From positions 744,001-808,000 of the forward strand of contig CP142729.1 of NCBI GenBank assembly GCA_036630325.1: 64,000 nt of DNA, given 5' to 3'. Position 1 is the stretch's first letter, and each line of letters opens with the position of its first letter. Positions 38,801 to 52,500 of this stretch are shown here, in pieces. This DNA comes from Vairimorpha necatrix (lineage: Eukaryota). The notes below the pieces were generated by a model, which had not been told where the DNA came from, did not search any database, and was given only the letters and a program-made list of their open reading frames with translations. Both the position numbers and the translations under genes were made by a program.

Positions 38801-41390
38801 AACATCTAATTTTTGGATAGCTTGATTTTTTTATTATTAACTTTGTTTCTTATTGCTTCGACTGTAACTTCTGGGCAGTATGGAGATGCTATCTGGTTTC
38901 GCTCAGTCTGTCTCGTATCCTTAATATTCTTTAAAGAATCATAGATGTATTTCCACGTAAGGCCTTCTTTGTAGTTAATAAGCACGATGTTAGCAAGATT
39001 ATTCGGCAGACCATTCAATGTAAACGCTACCAGGACTTGTTCTGGAACATTTCCTTTCCTCGCCATGGCCCCCATTCTGTCGAGATAATTCAGGATAGAT
39101 CCACCTGTATTCTTCAATGCTGCTAGTTTACCCCAACTGATCTTCAATATCATACTACTAACAAATCTCTTTCTAAACAAATCTATTAGTTCACCCAAGT
39201 CTAGCCCTCTGGTTGGGCCATTATCCAATTTTTTGCCTCCTTCCTACGAGACATCTTGAATGTAAGTAACAGCTTACCCTCGCTGTGTTCATTCAACCTG
39301 CCCACTTCCATCAAGTCCTCTATTAACTGCCTGGGTCGTCTTTCTCTTCATTTCTGAAGATGAAAGAAATATTTTTGTCGCTTGTCGCTAAATTGTTGGA
39401 ACAAAACATGGGTTTATTTTAAAAATTATTTAAAAATCTTGGTGTCAAATATATCAACTCGATTATATATTTGACAAAGACATATAGTCCTACAGTATGT
39501 GTTTAGATTCAAGATCTGTATTATAGCTATAATGCCATTTTATCTAGTCGTGTTCATTTTTGGATAAAGAGTTACGTGGGTTTTTAGAATGCATTATATA
39601 ATTGTAACTTTACACCATAAATTTTGTTTTATTGAATTATTTTTCGCATAATTAGCAATAATAAAGGCCTCTTTTCGGAGCTATATCGTGAAACACATTA
39701 TATTTTTTAATAAGTGATCGATTTGAGCATTTTTTATTTGATCAAAAAATAAAGTTGCTATTTTATTTGGGGTATTTAGTAAATTACTTTTTTTATGAAG
39801 AGATATTGTAATGTCTTTTTTTGTCTGTGCTTAGTTTCTATATATTAGCTATGTTTTTAAATTGCATTGATTTAATTTGACCAGAACGACGATAGATATA
39901 ACTTAAGCATAATACTAAAAAAAAATTTCAAAAATAAATTTTGGTTTATTGCATTTTATTGTTATATCGAATATACTTAATATAAATATGTAAAAACCAC
40001 ACAATAATAGAAAATCTTCAATTTACTAATATATTTTTGATGTGATATTTTTTTCAAGCCATATTATAAAATAGTATGTTAATTCTTTTTTAGATATTCT
40101 CCCTAAAATTCTAAAAATGAAATCTCATAATTTATTTTTTTAATAAATGCTATTTCCAATATAAAAAATAATTTTCAAAACGATATTTATAACATAAAAT
40201 TTGTTGAATATAAGACATAAACAAATCTATGGTAAGTGTGTTCTTAAAAACTTTTCGTCGATTACTGTTTTCAATAAATTGACACATTCACTAAACTAAA
40301 CAGCTTTGAACAGAGGGTGCACTTTAATAAATTACATTTGAAAATAATGATACAAAACTTCATAATAATAGACGTGTGGAAAATGTGATGATTTTTTTTT
40401 GTTATTGTTAAGATTATGAACATTTTATTGCAAAAAAAAGCAACTTCATAAGAACATAATTTTTGTATACTTATTTTTTTAAAGACATAGACTGTGCTTG
40501 ATAGTTGTCCAGTTGTAACAATTTTTTTTACCTCAAGGCTTTGAACCCGACAGCATCTTTCTTTTTTTTTTTTTTACAAAGTCTTGATTTATCTATCGGT
40601 TAATGGTGCTATATTGTTTTTGTTGTTTCATGAGACATATTGACGCCAATTTTTTAGTCATAAATTTTCGTACAATTGTAAGGGCTATACTCTTTTTGTC
40701 AGCAAAGTCATTTTTCGGTGTGCTAAAACAATTTAAGGTTTTTATCGGAGACATTATGTAGGTGCATTACATCTGAATACACATATTAAAGAGCGCTATC
40801 ATGCTATTAAAGTACTAAATTTTGGCGTGGGTGGTTTAGTTCACCAAGGTAATTATACGTACATCATATTTATATGAAGGGGTTGATGGGCCCTTGTTTG
40901 TTAGTAGACTGTTGGTTATGCTAGGCTATTTAAAATCTAATTATGGATTTGGAACATAACATCATATATGTCTCTTATATGGTATGTTTCCCCCTATAAC
41001 GAGATGATTTACGATTGAGAAAAAGAGTTTACATTGTTTTGCATAAATATTAACTATATTTTAATTCGATCAATTATAAAAAAATGAAATAAGATGCAAG
41101 AATATTTTTTAGTATGATAATTTTTATATCTGGATTTTTAATAAACAAGTGAAATGGAAATAAATATGATTAATTTATATAGTAGGCCTTAGTAATGACT
41201 TGTACAATGAAAAGTTTTATTAAACTCGTAATATTGCATGCACGAATACAAGATACAAAGGGATCTTATATATATATATATTAGTTAAAAATATATTAAA
41301 AAACTAAATCATATAGTATGGGCGATATTTAAATTATAAATATAAGTTGTTTCCTATATACAAAGAACTTTTTATTCTAATTTAAGACAT

Positions 41391-41688
41391 TGAGACATAA
41401 CAACGACCATAAAATATTTGTTTTCATTTTATCAATTTTCCTTTTTTTAAATAAACCGATCGATCGATCTATTTCAAAAATTATTTATTTATTCTTTTTC
41501 GGCCCTTATCCAACAATATCATGAGAAGACAAGATGATAAATCTATTTGTAACATACGAACAAGGAAGGGCTACCAAGCCAAGAACCAGGCTCTCAAGCG
41601 TGAAGACCAATGTGCATATAAAATCACAAAAAAAATATAAAATCAGTCGAACTTTTTTATCCAGAAGTTGCTCCTATATATTACGTCA
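41391..41688 (+). repeat. Degenerate solo LTR related to family B
   Basis: Shares ATGAGA..ACAAGA, GGAAGGGC..AGCCA.G.ACCAG and TCCAGA.GT.GCTCCT...CGTCA with 51943-52245; no TSD. Confidence 0.55.
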
Positions 41689-42094
41689 CTTCTGTTTACA
41701 CATTGATCTTTCCTCCTCATTTGTGTTTTTTTTGTGTTGGTTTTACATGTCTGCCGGTATTTGTAATATGCTAGTCAACAAACATTTCCCCAATAAAAAC
41801 CAAATTAACGTTTAATATGTATATTTGTTATGAATGGCCCTGTGACGTTGAGACTTATTTATTTTTAGAATAAGTTTTCAGTTTTTTAATGTTAATATAT
41901 TTATTTTAATTTTATACCTATTGGTCTCTTTGCCGCTATTCTTTCACATGTTTTCTCCGATATCATCGTAACTTTAAAAAAAAAACTTATTTATTTATTT
42001 AACTTTTTATTTAGAATAAGTTTAGTAACTTTACTATAAATAAAGCCTATTTATAAAAATATTTCTGAAGTATAATTTTATTTAATTAAGATTA

Positions 42095-42427
42095 TGTGTT
42101 CTAATATTTAATACCACATGTTTTATGGAGACCAATAAATAATGAAACTCTGATCTAATCTCATACGCGTCAAGCAGCTCTCTCAGTTAGTGGACAATTC
42201 TGTAACACCAACTTCTATTGGTTGCCCACAAATATAAATAACATAATTCATCGCCAAACACGATGCCTAAAAGTAATGACAGCCGCATCCAGCTCATGTC
42301 TATGACGTCTCTAACATTAATCATTATTCATCTACATTTACACTTACCCTGTGAATTCACGGGTTACATAACCGTAGCATTATTGAATGTTTTCGTGCCA
42401 CTGGCACAATCTCGAGTAAATACGCCA
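42095..42427 (+). mobile_element. Solo LTR, divergent relative of family A
   Basis: TGTG...TACGCCA; TSD GATTA; encodes NRSIIECFRATG. Confidence 0.85.
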
Positions 42428-43299
42428 GATTAAAACATCATTGTTTTTATTTGACAGAAAACAATATGACATCCTTTATTTTTATGTAGTCAATAGTACA
42501 ACAAAATGAAACTAACAACAAATGGTTTTTATTTTTCTGATATTATTTTTTATTATTCGCCGCTTTCTTTAGATAATTTTTTATCGATTTTATTTTTTTC
42601 TTGACCATATTCTCTGCCACGCAAACATAATCGTAAGTCGGATGATTAACTTATTCAATATTAATACTAATCAATAAAATACATTTAAACTAAGGTTAAA
42701 AACCATAACAGCCCCGTCTACGAAAAACCATTAGAAATGAAATAGTTAAAAGCGTCTTTTAATTTCTATTTTATTTATGGTTTGGATTTTTATGTTTATA
42801 CATTAAAAGATATAATTCAAATTAGAAATATAAATTAATGTATAAATAAAAAACATACTTAAACTTTTGTTTTTTACAACACCCATTTCAGGAACATTGT
42901 AATGTTTTGTATCTCAGAAAGAACACATTTCAAATACTTGAAATATTTGAATTATACAACAAAGTCTCTACAATCCTAGACTTATAAAAAATTAGATGAA
43001 TATAAAAGAAATACATATATCTAACACCGACTTATATATAAAAACACATAAATACAATACGTAGTCCGATGTTCTTGCTAAATAAATCAAAACATGCTGT
43101 GTAACAAAACCTAAATACTAGAAAAAGAACGCACAAGACAATTAGAAATAACCAAACTTCGATATGTCAATATACATGATTTGTTCTCAAAAACAAAATA
43201 AATACTTTTTAAAGGTATAGTAAAAAAAAACATTTATTTAGATCAATAAAAAATCTTGCCAACTATTTTATGAAAGGAAAGCAAATTCCTAAATATATA

Positions 43300-43634
43300 T
43301 GGCGTGTTTGCCGGAGAGCTTGCCAGTAGCAAGAAAGCATTCAATAATGCTGCAGTTTGAAGTTCCGTGAAAACTGGAGTTTAGATAGATGGAAGAAATA
43401 TATTGTTTATTGTAAAATAGAGTTTGAATTATCTAAATTATAGAAGGAATAATGTTTTTAAGTGTTCGAGTGATGTACAGTGTTGTTCATGGAATTTCTT
43501 TATTTTTATAACATAGTAACCAATAGAAGGAAATTAGATTGGCCTGGCTATGACTGATCGTTCCGAAGAAGCATCAGCGCTTTAGTTTTCTATTAGTTGT
43601 TTATAAATCATGTAATATGATCCATTATACCACA
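43300..43634 (-). mobile_element. Solo LTR, family A
   Basis: Homologous to 11232-11580; TSD ATATA. Confidence 0.9.
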
Positions 43635-45339
43635 ATATAAATGAAAATAAAAAAAGCTTTTTCTGTATTAAGAGTGTTCTGTATGATTGAAACTTTACTA
43701 TAAATTAAAGGTATCTTTTATAGCTTTAAACATTATTATTAGCCTTTCTTTGATAATTTAAAATGGTTTTTCGTTTCTTTAGAGTTCATAGCTTTTTTCG
43801 AAAAAATTCATTTATATTTTTTTTATTTAACTACTTACTAAACAAATTTGCTACACGCCTATGTCTTATGTTTATAAATATATTAAAGAAAATATTTTCT
43901 TTGATAGCGTATAGTCATTTAATTATCAGGTATTTGACAAGTTGTGTTTATGACATCTTCCTTTGCGTCGCTAGTATTAAATTACACGAACTTATGAAAT
44001 AATTTCTCTATAATAGGAGCAATTGACATATTGCATCATGTAGGTTTTATAAAAACCGTTTGTATTCATTACTTTGTTTTTTTCATTACAGTACAAACGA
44101 GATTGGGATTTAAAATATATTAATAAGCAATAATAAAAAATAATTTTCAACTTTTAATAAAACTTAAGACAATGATATATTCAATTTTGTATTTCAATCG
44201 TTTCAAATTATTTGAAAACAACACAGAAACTTAATTTTTTACATAAACAGATATTTTATTACATAGATATTTGAATCTTTTAATGCATATTTCTAAAGTT
44301 GTTTATATGTTTTTGTTAAAATTTGACGAAATGAACATTTGTCTCAAAACCATTATTCAAACTTCTACTATATTTTTTTACAAATTTTAAGATTTGTATG
44401 AAATTTAATACCAGCATGTTGTTTATACCGCAAGCAAAAAAATCATCGATATTGTCTAAAATTCACATTATGTCACAATATAGATTCCTCGGGTAGTTTC
44501 TAAATTGTTAATATGTAAATTTTAAGGGTATTATATACAATACAAACACATCAAAGTTACTATTATTTATAAAACACGACATATTATAATATACTATTGT
44601 TTTACAATTATAACATCTTATAATATTTTTATTTTTTCGATATTTGAAACAACATGGAGTTTTGTTTTCTAAAAGATTTTTTACAACCACGTCGTTAAAG
44701 TATATTATAATCTACATCGAAAGTTCATGTCGAAGCCATAAACACATACAAAATGCTTTTTTGGACATATGTCTATAAGTTTCTATTCCCTATTAAAAAG
44801 ATCGAAAGAAAGAAGATATTACAATTTAAACTACAAGTCAAAAATCAGGTACCATAAGCCACAAATTGTATTGGGGGAGGGGTTGTGCGCAAGGATGTAA
44901 ATATACTAGTTGTTAATCTACAATATAATTTTTTATATTCGTTAATGCAAAGAGTAAATACTCTTACTCTAAAAAGTCAATAATTTATGCATAAAAATTT
45001 CAAGACACATATATATATTAATAAAGTCAAAATTCTCATTGATTTAAATGTTTAAATGTTTATTACTTATTTTTCTGTTAAAATATAAAATTTCAATAAA
45101 AAAAATAACGTTCTCACATTATGTTGATACAAAATTTCTTTCCCTTTTAATTCAATATTGAGAATAGCCGTCAATTTCTTAGACTTCGATGCTCTAAAAA
45201 CTATTAAAGAGTATTTAAAATATAAAAATAGATCAACAAAAAAACAATATATTGTAAATTTTGGGAAAACATAACTCATAGCATGAAGTAAACAGTCTAA
45301 TTGGATGTTTACATAAAACCTTGGTAATTACAATTATTA

Positions 45340-45925
45340 TCACACTTACATAAGTAAAGTTATAAATTTATCGTGTCCAGGAACGTGTAGCTAATGAGTA
45401 TGTTGAGATAAGAGTTGACACTAGGATACATTCAAATATAAAATGAAGCAAACAAGTCTGTTATACTAATTGTGGACAGGTTGAGGAAAGAAGTAATCGT
45501 TGTTAAAAATGGAATCACAAGCTTTAACACTTTCATGCAGTAGAGACAGAAAGAAACATAAATACGGCTTGTTTGCAAATCATTTGACTTTTCTCTATAA
45601 ATAATAGCCGAAAATTATCCCTTATGTAATTACTTGGAATGGAATAGTAATTAATTTCCGCCGCTTGCATATCAAAGAGCTCCGATTAGAACCAAGAATG
45701 GAAGCATATATACAGACAAGAGTCCTTAAGATGACTTTAGAAAGCCCAACTATGTCAATTAGACATGGGCTTGATACTGAACAGTAAGAGGTATTCGAAG
45801 ACCCAATATGTGGATTTCAGGAGGAACTCCAAGAAATGTCGGAAGAAATTGTAGGTATAGCTTGTGAAAAGTAATTAGTTTCAAAGATATTATATTGTAC
45901 CCAATTTAAGTAATTTTATTTAAAA
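45340..45925 (+). mobile_element. 5'-truncated, decayed copy of the R4/Dong-like element (endonuclease domain + 3' UTR)
   Basis: VQERVANEYVEIRVD..., PKIIPYVITWNGIV and CTTGTGAAAAGTAATTA match 30400-30900 (-). Confidence 0.85.
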
Positions 45926-47353
45926 ATTTCTTGTGAATATAACAAATCTTGTAGAATTACTATTAACGAAGTAAGGTTTAAGAAGCCATCATACTATTAT
46001 TAGAAATGGAAATAATTATGGAAACATAGTAATTAAAGCATAGTATAGTAAATACTTTATAAAATGGGCGATTTTTGAATTATTAATATTCATGTAAATA
46101 TTAAAATATACATATTATATGGTATATTTAAACGAACTATGAATAATTAGAACCCAACAAATTTTATATAACATGCGAAATGGCTTAGTGGGATACCTTT
46201 TACTCAATACAATTTAAGCTATTTATATTTTATATATTAAAATCGTGGCTGCTTTGGGAAAGGGATATATTAGTAGCCCTTAAGGATGTATCCATCTTAG
46301 TTTTTGGCGCTAAAGTAGTTTTTTGTTTTGTCGTCGATCAGGATTTTTTCTTTTCTAATTAGTCATAATCAATAAATTGTGAGATTATCAAGACATCAAA
46401 TAAGTGGGCAAGATTTATTATATACCAAAAAAAATCATAATTCTTAAATTATTCAATCATAATAATGATTCCTAAAATTGTATGTAAATATTGTATATCA
46501 CAGTGTGTTATATTGAATTATAAATAGTATCGGTGTTATAATAAGTATATGTAAACTGAAACCAGCTACATCTTTAAAATAAAGTATAAGAACGTAAATA
46601 TACTATGCATCCTAGGCCATCATGTGGTTTAACTGGAATGTATACGTCAAATTCGTCATAGCCATTATTTTTGGGCCTTTTATTTCATATATTTCTTTTT
46701 TATCAATTCGAAAGAAACTAAGTTTATCTATAATCACACTACAAAAATAATTACAATGGTATATCTATAATACAGCCTTAGTTTTAAGAAAAGTAAAATA
46801 AAATCAATTTATTTACTTTATACTCATCCATAAAAATCAGTTTTCTTCATTCCTTTATATCTAAATTATATGAATTTTTTTGAACATGCTTCCTACGGGG
46901 AAGTATAATAAAACAGCCATATGGTAAGATAAGGTTTTAAAAATACATTAAATACGTTTTTACAGTGTGTATCCTCCGATTTACTAAGTTAGTTGTTCCT
47001 CAATTCTTATATACATTTGATTTGCAGTTTTTTATAAACATGCATTTTTGCTATTTCTGTAACCAAATGCTGTGTTAATAGTGCTAGAAATAGATAATCC
47101 CATAATGCAAATCCCAGAAATACTGGAGTGTAATTTCAGAGTACAACAAACAAATTAAAATTCAGAACTGTAAAATAAGTTATAAGAGCCCAAGTAATCG
47201 AAATAATCATATAAATAAGGTAACTTTAAAGAATAAATTTTATTTTATGTTTGTAATTATCTGCTCTTACAATTTTTGAAAAAAATAAATATTTTCCGAT
47301 TGGATTGTGCCCTATTAGTATTACGTTAAACGATATAGGTTATTTTTGGTTGA

Positions 47354-48973
47354 TTATTCTCGATTTTTTTTCTTTATATATGCGTCAAGTGTGCTTTTAC
47401 GCTTGGTCTCTTCAGTATGCTGAGCATTTATACAACTGTTAACATGGCTCTCAAATAAAAAATTATTTAAATGTAAGGATGCTTTTTTGCAGACTGGACA
47501 AATTTTCTTCTCATATACAGATCCGAGGAACTTAGACAGTCCGTTGCTATCATCATTTGAAAAACCACTACAAGTTATGCCCAAGAGTCTAATAGGATTA
47601 AGAATATTTTTATTAGTTGTTAAAAGCTTACTGTCCATTAATAAATCGTAACCAACATTAAAAATTTCAATATCTTCATTGATCTTCTTGTTTAATTTAA
47701 TCTGTTTAGTTTTACTACTAAAATTAGACGTTTTATAATTTAGTGTTATTATATTACATTTTATATTTTTCATTTTGAGTTTATCACTTAACGAAGTGCA
47801 ACAACGCCATAGAATTGTACAGATTTCAGAATGATCAATAGTGGATCTAAATGTCACATTTTTACCGACAGATTGTCTTGACTTATTTGTTCTATCACTA
47901 AAATCAAATATAGAAAGACCATATGATAAATAAAACAAATTTTTAAATGATTTATAAGGCATAGTTAGATATAGAAAATGTAGGTTATCTCTAAGTTCCC
48001 TTATAGTTCTAATTTTATAAGACTTTGCAAGAAATTCTTTAGTGGCAGAACCGATACCATTAATTTTATCAGTTTCTAAATCCAAAATATGACCATCAAA
48101 ATCTTTATCAATTACAAAAGATCCATTGGGCTTATTTATTCCACATGCATATTTACTCAATCCCCTTGTCACAGAAATTCCCCCCGATATTGTAAGACCA
48201 GTACGTAAAAATACTAAATGCCTAATATTGTCTATTAATTTTTTTATGTTTATAAAATTAAACTTCGTAGATGTCATTGGCACATAAACAGAACGGTCAT
48301 GAGAGTATTCTTTGATTTGAATTTTGTTTTTATCTTCTTTGTTTAATAATGAAATATTAAACCCTATCATGTTCATTTTAGATACCGAATTTTTAAATTT
48401 CAATACATCAAATGTCAAACATGCCTCATCAATTCCATAAATTTCAATTTTTTCATCAAAAATTGACAATACACTCATAACTTGTTCACTGAAAAAATTA
48501 TATTTTTGAAAATCACATTTAACTATCTTAAGAGTTGGACATAATTGTTTTGCCATGTATCCTGGCATACCAGCCCTTATACCATATTTTCTTGCTACAT
48601 AATTACAAGTAGCGAGCATGTTCATATTACCAACGCCTAAAGGTATTGTCTTATATTCGGGATTTTCCAATGATTCCACACTAGCGTAAAATGAATCAAG
48701 ATCTACATGACAAAATATGATCATGGGGTCTGCATCAAACAAAGCTGGATATTTTGAGCCCATCTCTTTTTTGAGTAACTTAACATGTTGAAGTGCTGAT
48801 TCTATTTTGGAAGGTGTAATGGAATCAAGTTTTTGTAAAATATCATAAGATTTATTTCGTATTTTATACAACTTCGTCTCTTTATTTTCACTAAATTCAT
48901 CGTCTAGCGTTGCTAATGATATCTTTTTAATTTTGTCCTTTTCTAGTAAATCTTCTTCGTCAGATTCATTCAT
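47354..48973 (-). CDS. polK: Y-family translesion DNA polymerase kappa (DinB family), 539 aa
   Basis: HVDLDSFYASVE, ATCNYVARKYGIRAGMP, GIDEACL, NKPNG, INGIG, little-finger QSVGKNVTF, C-terminal UBZ (CPVC...HVNSC) and PIP-like TLDAYI. Confidence 0.93.
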   Translation of the reverse strand: MNESDEEDLLEKDKIKKISLATLDDEFSENKETKLYKIRNKSYDILQKLDSITPSKIESALQHVKLLKKEMGSKYPALFDADPMIIFCHVDLDSFYASVESLENPEYKTIPLGVGNMNMLATCNYVARKYGIRAGMPGYMAKQLCPTLKIVKCDFQKYNFFSEQVMSVLSIFDEKIEIYGIDEACLTFDVLKFKNSVSKMNMIGFNISLLNKEDKNKIQIKEYSHDRSVYVPMTSTKFNFINIKKLIDNIRHLVFLRTGLTISGGISVTRGLSKYACGINKPNGSFVIDKDFDGHILDLETDKINGIGSATKEFLAKSYKIRTIRELRDNLHFLYLTMPYKSFKNLFYLSYGLSIFDFSDRTNKSRQSVGKNVTFRSTIDHSEICTILWRCCTSLSDKLKMKNIKCNIITLNYKTSNFSSKTKQIKLNKKINEDIEIFNVGYDLLMDSKLLTTNKNILNPIRLLGITCSGFSNDDSNGLSKFLGSVYEKKICPVCKKASLHLNNFLFESHVNSCINAQHTEETKRKSTLDAYIKKKNRE

Positions 48974-49104
48974 ATTAAAGGATGAAAACTTGAAAATATA
49001 TGGAAACCCCCTTTATTTAACAAATTTACAAATTTTTTAATCACAAAATAATTTAAGTTATAACAGATTAAATTTATACGTCAAACATGTGATCGAATTA
49101 TATT

Positions 49105-49408
49105 TGTGGTCTTATTTACCACATTACTTATTTTTATTTTATATTCCCTCCAAACGAATATTCTAGAAAATATTTTACTATAAATATTTTCTCTTTATTT
49201 TACCCCACAAAAAAAGATGAACAATCAAGAGAATATGAATAACTACGGGAGGACACAAAGATACCTACCCCCTCACAAGAGGACAGCTAATTACCCACAT
49301 GGGAATAGCATTAATAAAAACCATTTTACTAAAACTAATTTAGGTGCAGGGAGAAGCATTCTTGAATGCTATTTACATTATGGCCATCTCCCTGGTGGAA
49401 ACACCACA
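49105..49408 (+). mobile_element. Solo LTR, family E, 131 bp upstream of the pol kappa start
   Basis: TGTGGT..ACCACA 5' hairpin, ends ACCACA, TSD ATATT, internal ORF ending GRSILECYLHYGHLPGGNTT. Confidence 0.88.
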
Positions 49409-49592
49409 ATATTATCAAATTGATTCAAATTTTACTTTTTAATTGAATTTTATATGCATTCTTTTAGCCCCTTTTTTCTATCAAATCATGTCTCTACACA
49501 TCGACAGATTTAATTGGACCGGAAACACTCACAAAAGGAAAAAAAATCGAATCTGTGATATTATTAAAAAAAATAAAATTGTTTATTGAAAA

Positions 49593-52500
49593 TGGCGTGT
49601 TTTACGGATAGCTTGCCTGTGGCAAGGAAGCATTCAATGATGCTACGGTTTGGGGTGCCGTGAAGACCGGAGTTAAAAGAGTTAAAGGGAAAGGATTGTT
49701 TATTGTTATGAAAAGAGTTTTGTTTATCTGATTTGTAGAAGGAAGAGTGTTGGTTTGCGTTCTGATGTTGTACCATGTTGTTCATGGAATTTCTCTATTT
49801 ATGTCACATAGTAACCAATAGAAAGAAATAAGATTTGGCTGACCAATAATAGTCGACCATAGCTAATCGTTCCGAAGAAGCATCAGCGTTTTAGTATTTA
49901 TTGGTTTTTAGAAATCATGTGGTATGATCCATTATACCACATACTGCCACCTTCGACTAGCACTTTAGGTTTCGGACGTGCGTCCAAGATTCTTCATTCT
50001 TTAGGCGAACCCAATTCCCTTTACTTCCAACTTCTTCTATGCTTTGTTTATGTCCATACTTACGATCGAGCTTTCCTGCCTTTAGATTTCGCTTATATAC
50101 TATATCTCCCACTTTAAACTTTGGGGTGTATGATAAATTCTTTGTATTTATTCTAAAGTTTTGAAGCTTATTTTCGATATCGAAGAAATCCTTTTTGTGC
50201 GTTAAGAGATAAGTGAAGTTCAATACCTCGATTATAATTGTTATTTAAAGTGTTCTCTGCTTCTTTGACGGTGTCGTAAATATTTCTATATTTATTAATA
50301 GATATGATAAAAGTAATGGTTTGATTGATTCTCTCTGATATACCATTGGATCTTGGTGTATATGTTGGTATAAGAATATGGTTTATATCCATGTCCGTAA
50401 GGTAATTAGTGAAGTCGGTTGAGGTGTATTGCCGTCCGTTATCTGAGATCAAATGCTTTGGTTTTGCTCTACTAGAAATCCAATATTCTACGGCGTCTAT
50501 AAGTTCTTGTGTCTTAATTGCTTGTAAAAAACTAAGTGTGTTTCCCTTGAATATATATCTGTTATTGTTAAGATATATCCTGTCCTCTTTTCGGAATTAG
50601 GAATGGGTGTATAATATTAGAAAGGCCCAAAATATCCGTTGAGATTCGTTCGTATAGCTTGCCGGAGTTCATTCTTATTTCTTGTTGATTCTTGTTATTA
50701 ATAATCTTATAGTTTCAGCAGATGTTACATTTGTGGACTGTTTTTGTTATGTTCTTCAGAGCATCTTTAACGTAAATATAATTTTTTATATTGTTATAGA
50801 GCGTTGAACCCCCTCGGTGTCCTGATATTTTGTGTATAGTCTTAAGCAACGAACTTGATCTTGTCATATTTAACTATTAGTTTACCTTTGTCATTTATTT
50901 GTAACGCGTCGTTGTTTGACGCGCAAGCTCTTCTTACAGCATTATCATACTTTACTTTTAGCGATGTTGCCTGAGATATGAGGCATCGCGATAGGGAGTC
51001 CGCAGCAATATTATCTGCCCCCTTAATATGAAAAATTTTGTTAATAATGGTTAGACAAGTATTTTCTGCTAATACTTCATCTAGCATCTCTTCTGATGAT
51101 TTTTCGAGCCAATGAATGGAATTATCGTTCCTTTGTCCACAATAATAATTTTCTTTTTAATGTTTAACAACTGCGAGTTTGCCGCGAGGAATTCATAACC
51201 TACAATTATATCCTCTGGAATTTTGTGTAATACATAAAACTTTATCAAGAATGTTCTACCACTGATATCTAATCTTGATTCGACTATCTTATTAGTTGTT
51301 TCTTTTGTACCATTGCCGAATACCATAGTAAGGGGGTTTGCTTCAAATATTGGCAGTTTTAATATATTGACAATGTTCTCATGTATATAATTGCATGTAG
51401 CCCCTGTGTCCACGAATAACTGTAACATAGTGTCATTAATTTTCCCATTGATTTTAATGCCTTCATGACTATCAGTCTTTTGTTCCAATATAATAAGATT
51501 TTTATTATCATTAGATGGGGTGTTCTTATGAAGCGAACAATCTTTGGTGTTATAGAATTTGGAGTTATGATACTTGCACCATTTCTTGCTTGTGAAGTTA
51601 TTTGTAGTTTTGGTAAATCCTATGTCTTTTACAGCACGTTGACTTGTCTCTGTTGACTGTGCTAAAATATTTTCTTCAAGGTCTACTAGAAACTGTATAA
51701 TTTCTTCAAATAATGCCGATTTAAGGTTTTGGTCGGCTATTTTAATTGTTGTGTATTTGTCCAATACTCTAAAGAATATTTCATCTTGTTTTCGCTCCAA
51801 TTCTTTCCGAGAAAGTTCGTAAATATGAGTGTATCCTTCTAATTCTTTAGTAGTTTCATCCATGTATTCATTTATGGTAAAGTAATTGCACTGTTTAATA
51901 TAATCAAGTTTTTGAGAGATTATTCGGTGTTGTGTTTTGGGGTGTGGTATTATAAATACCACAAATTATTTATTTTTATTTTATCAATTTTCCCTTTTTG
52001 GAAAATAGACCATTCGACCGGTCTATTCCAAAAATCAAATATTTATTTCCTTTTTGCCCTGACCCCTACAAAATTATGAGACAAGATAAACATCAATACC
52101 ATTGGAATCCACGACCAAGGAAGGGCCTCAGAGCCAGGGACCAGTATCCCATTACGGATGCCCAACGAGGCTTTAATCAAATAAATAAAACGTATAATTT
52201 AATAGAACTATATTTGTCCAGAGGTAGCTCCTCTGGATTGCGTCATGGGGTATAGTATATTAAGAAGTTCTTTTCTTAATGCTTTATAACTTTTATTTGT
52301 TAATTTTGATTTATAAGTGAAATCATAGATTAGACTATGGTATATTTGACCGGCTTGTGTGTCATTCCACTTATTATACTCAGAAGTAGTTTCGAACTCT
52401 TTGAGACCTGCAGTTGTTAGGTCGGTTTTAATATTAAATATTTTGAGTATATGTTCGATGGTGGGTACGTCTGTTCCTTCAACTATTCTTTTAAATTCCG

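Larger units (their letters stand above)
34529..39494 (-). mobile_element. Decayed Ty3/Gypsy retrotransposon with ~101-bp LTRs
   Basis: 5' LTR 39394-39494; 3' LTR 34529-35900, interrupted by a nested element; TSD GTATG; PPT AGGGGAGTAG; gag with CCHC knuckle, LIDTGAEVNL, YMDDILVY, RNaseH, integrase. Confidence 0.92.

Noticed and set aside
44886-44897. TGCGCAAGGATG matching U6 snRNA
   Set aside because: Only 12 nt; no ACAGAGA box or AGC triad context
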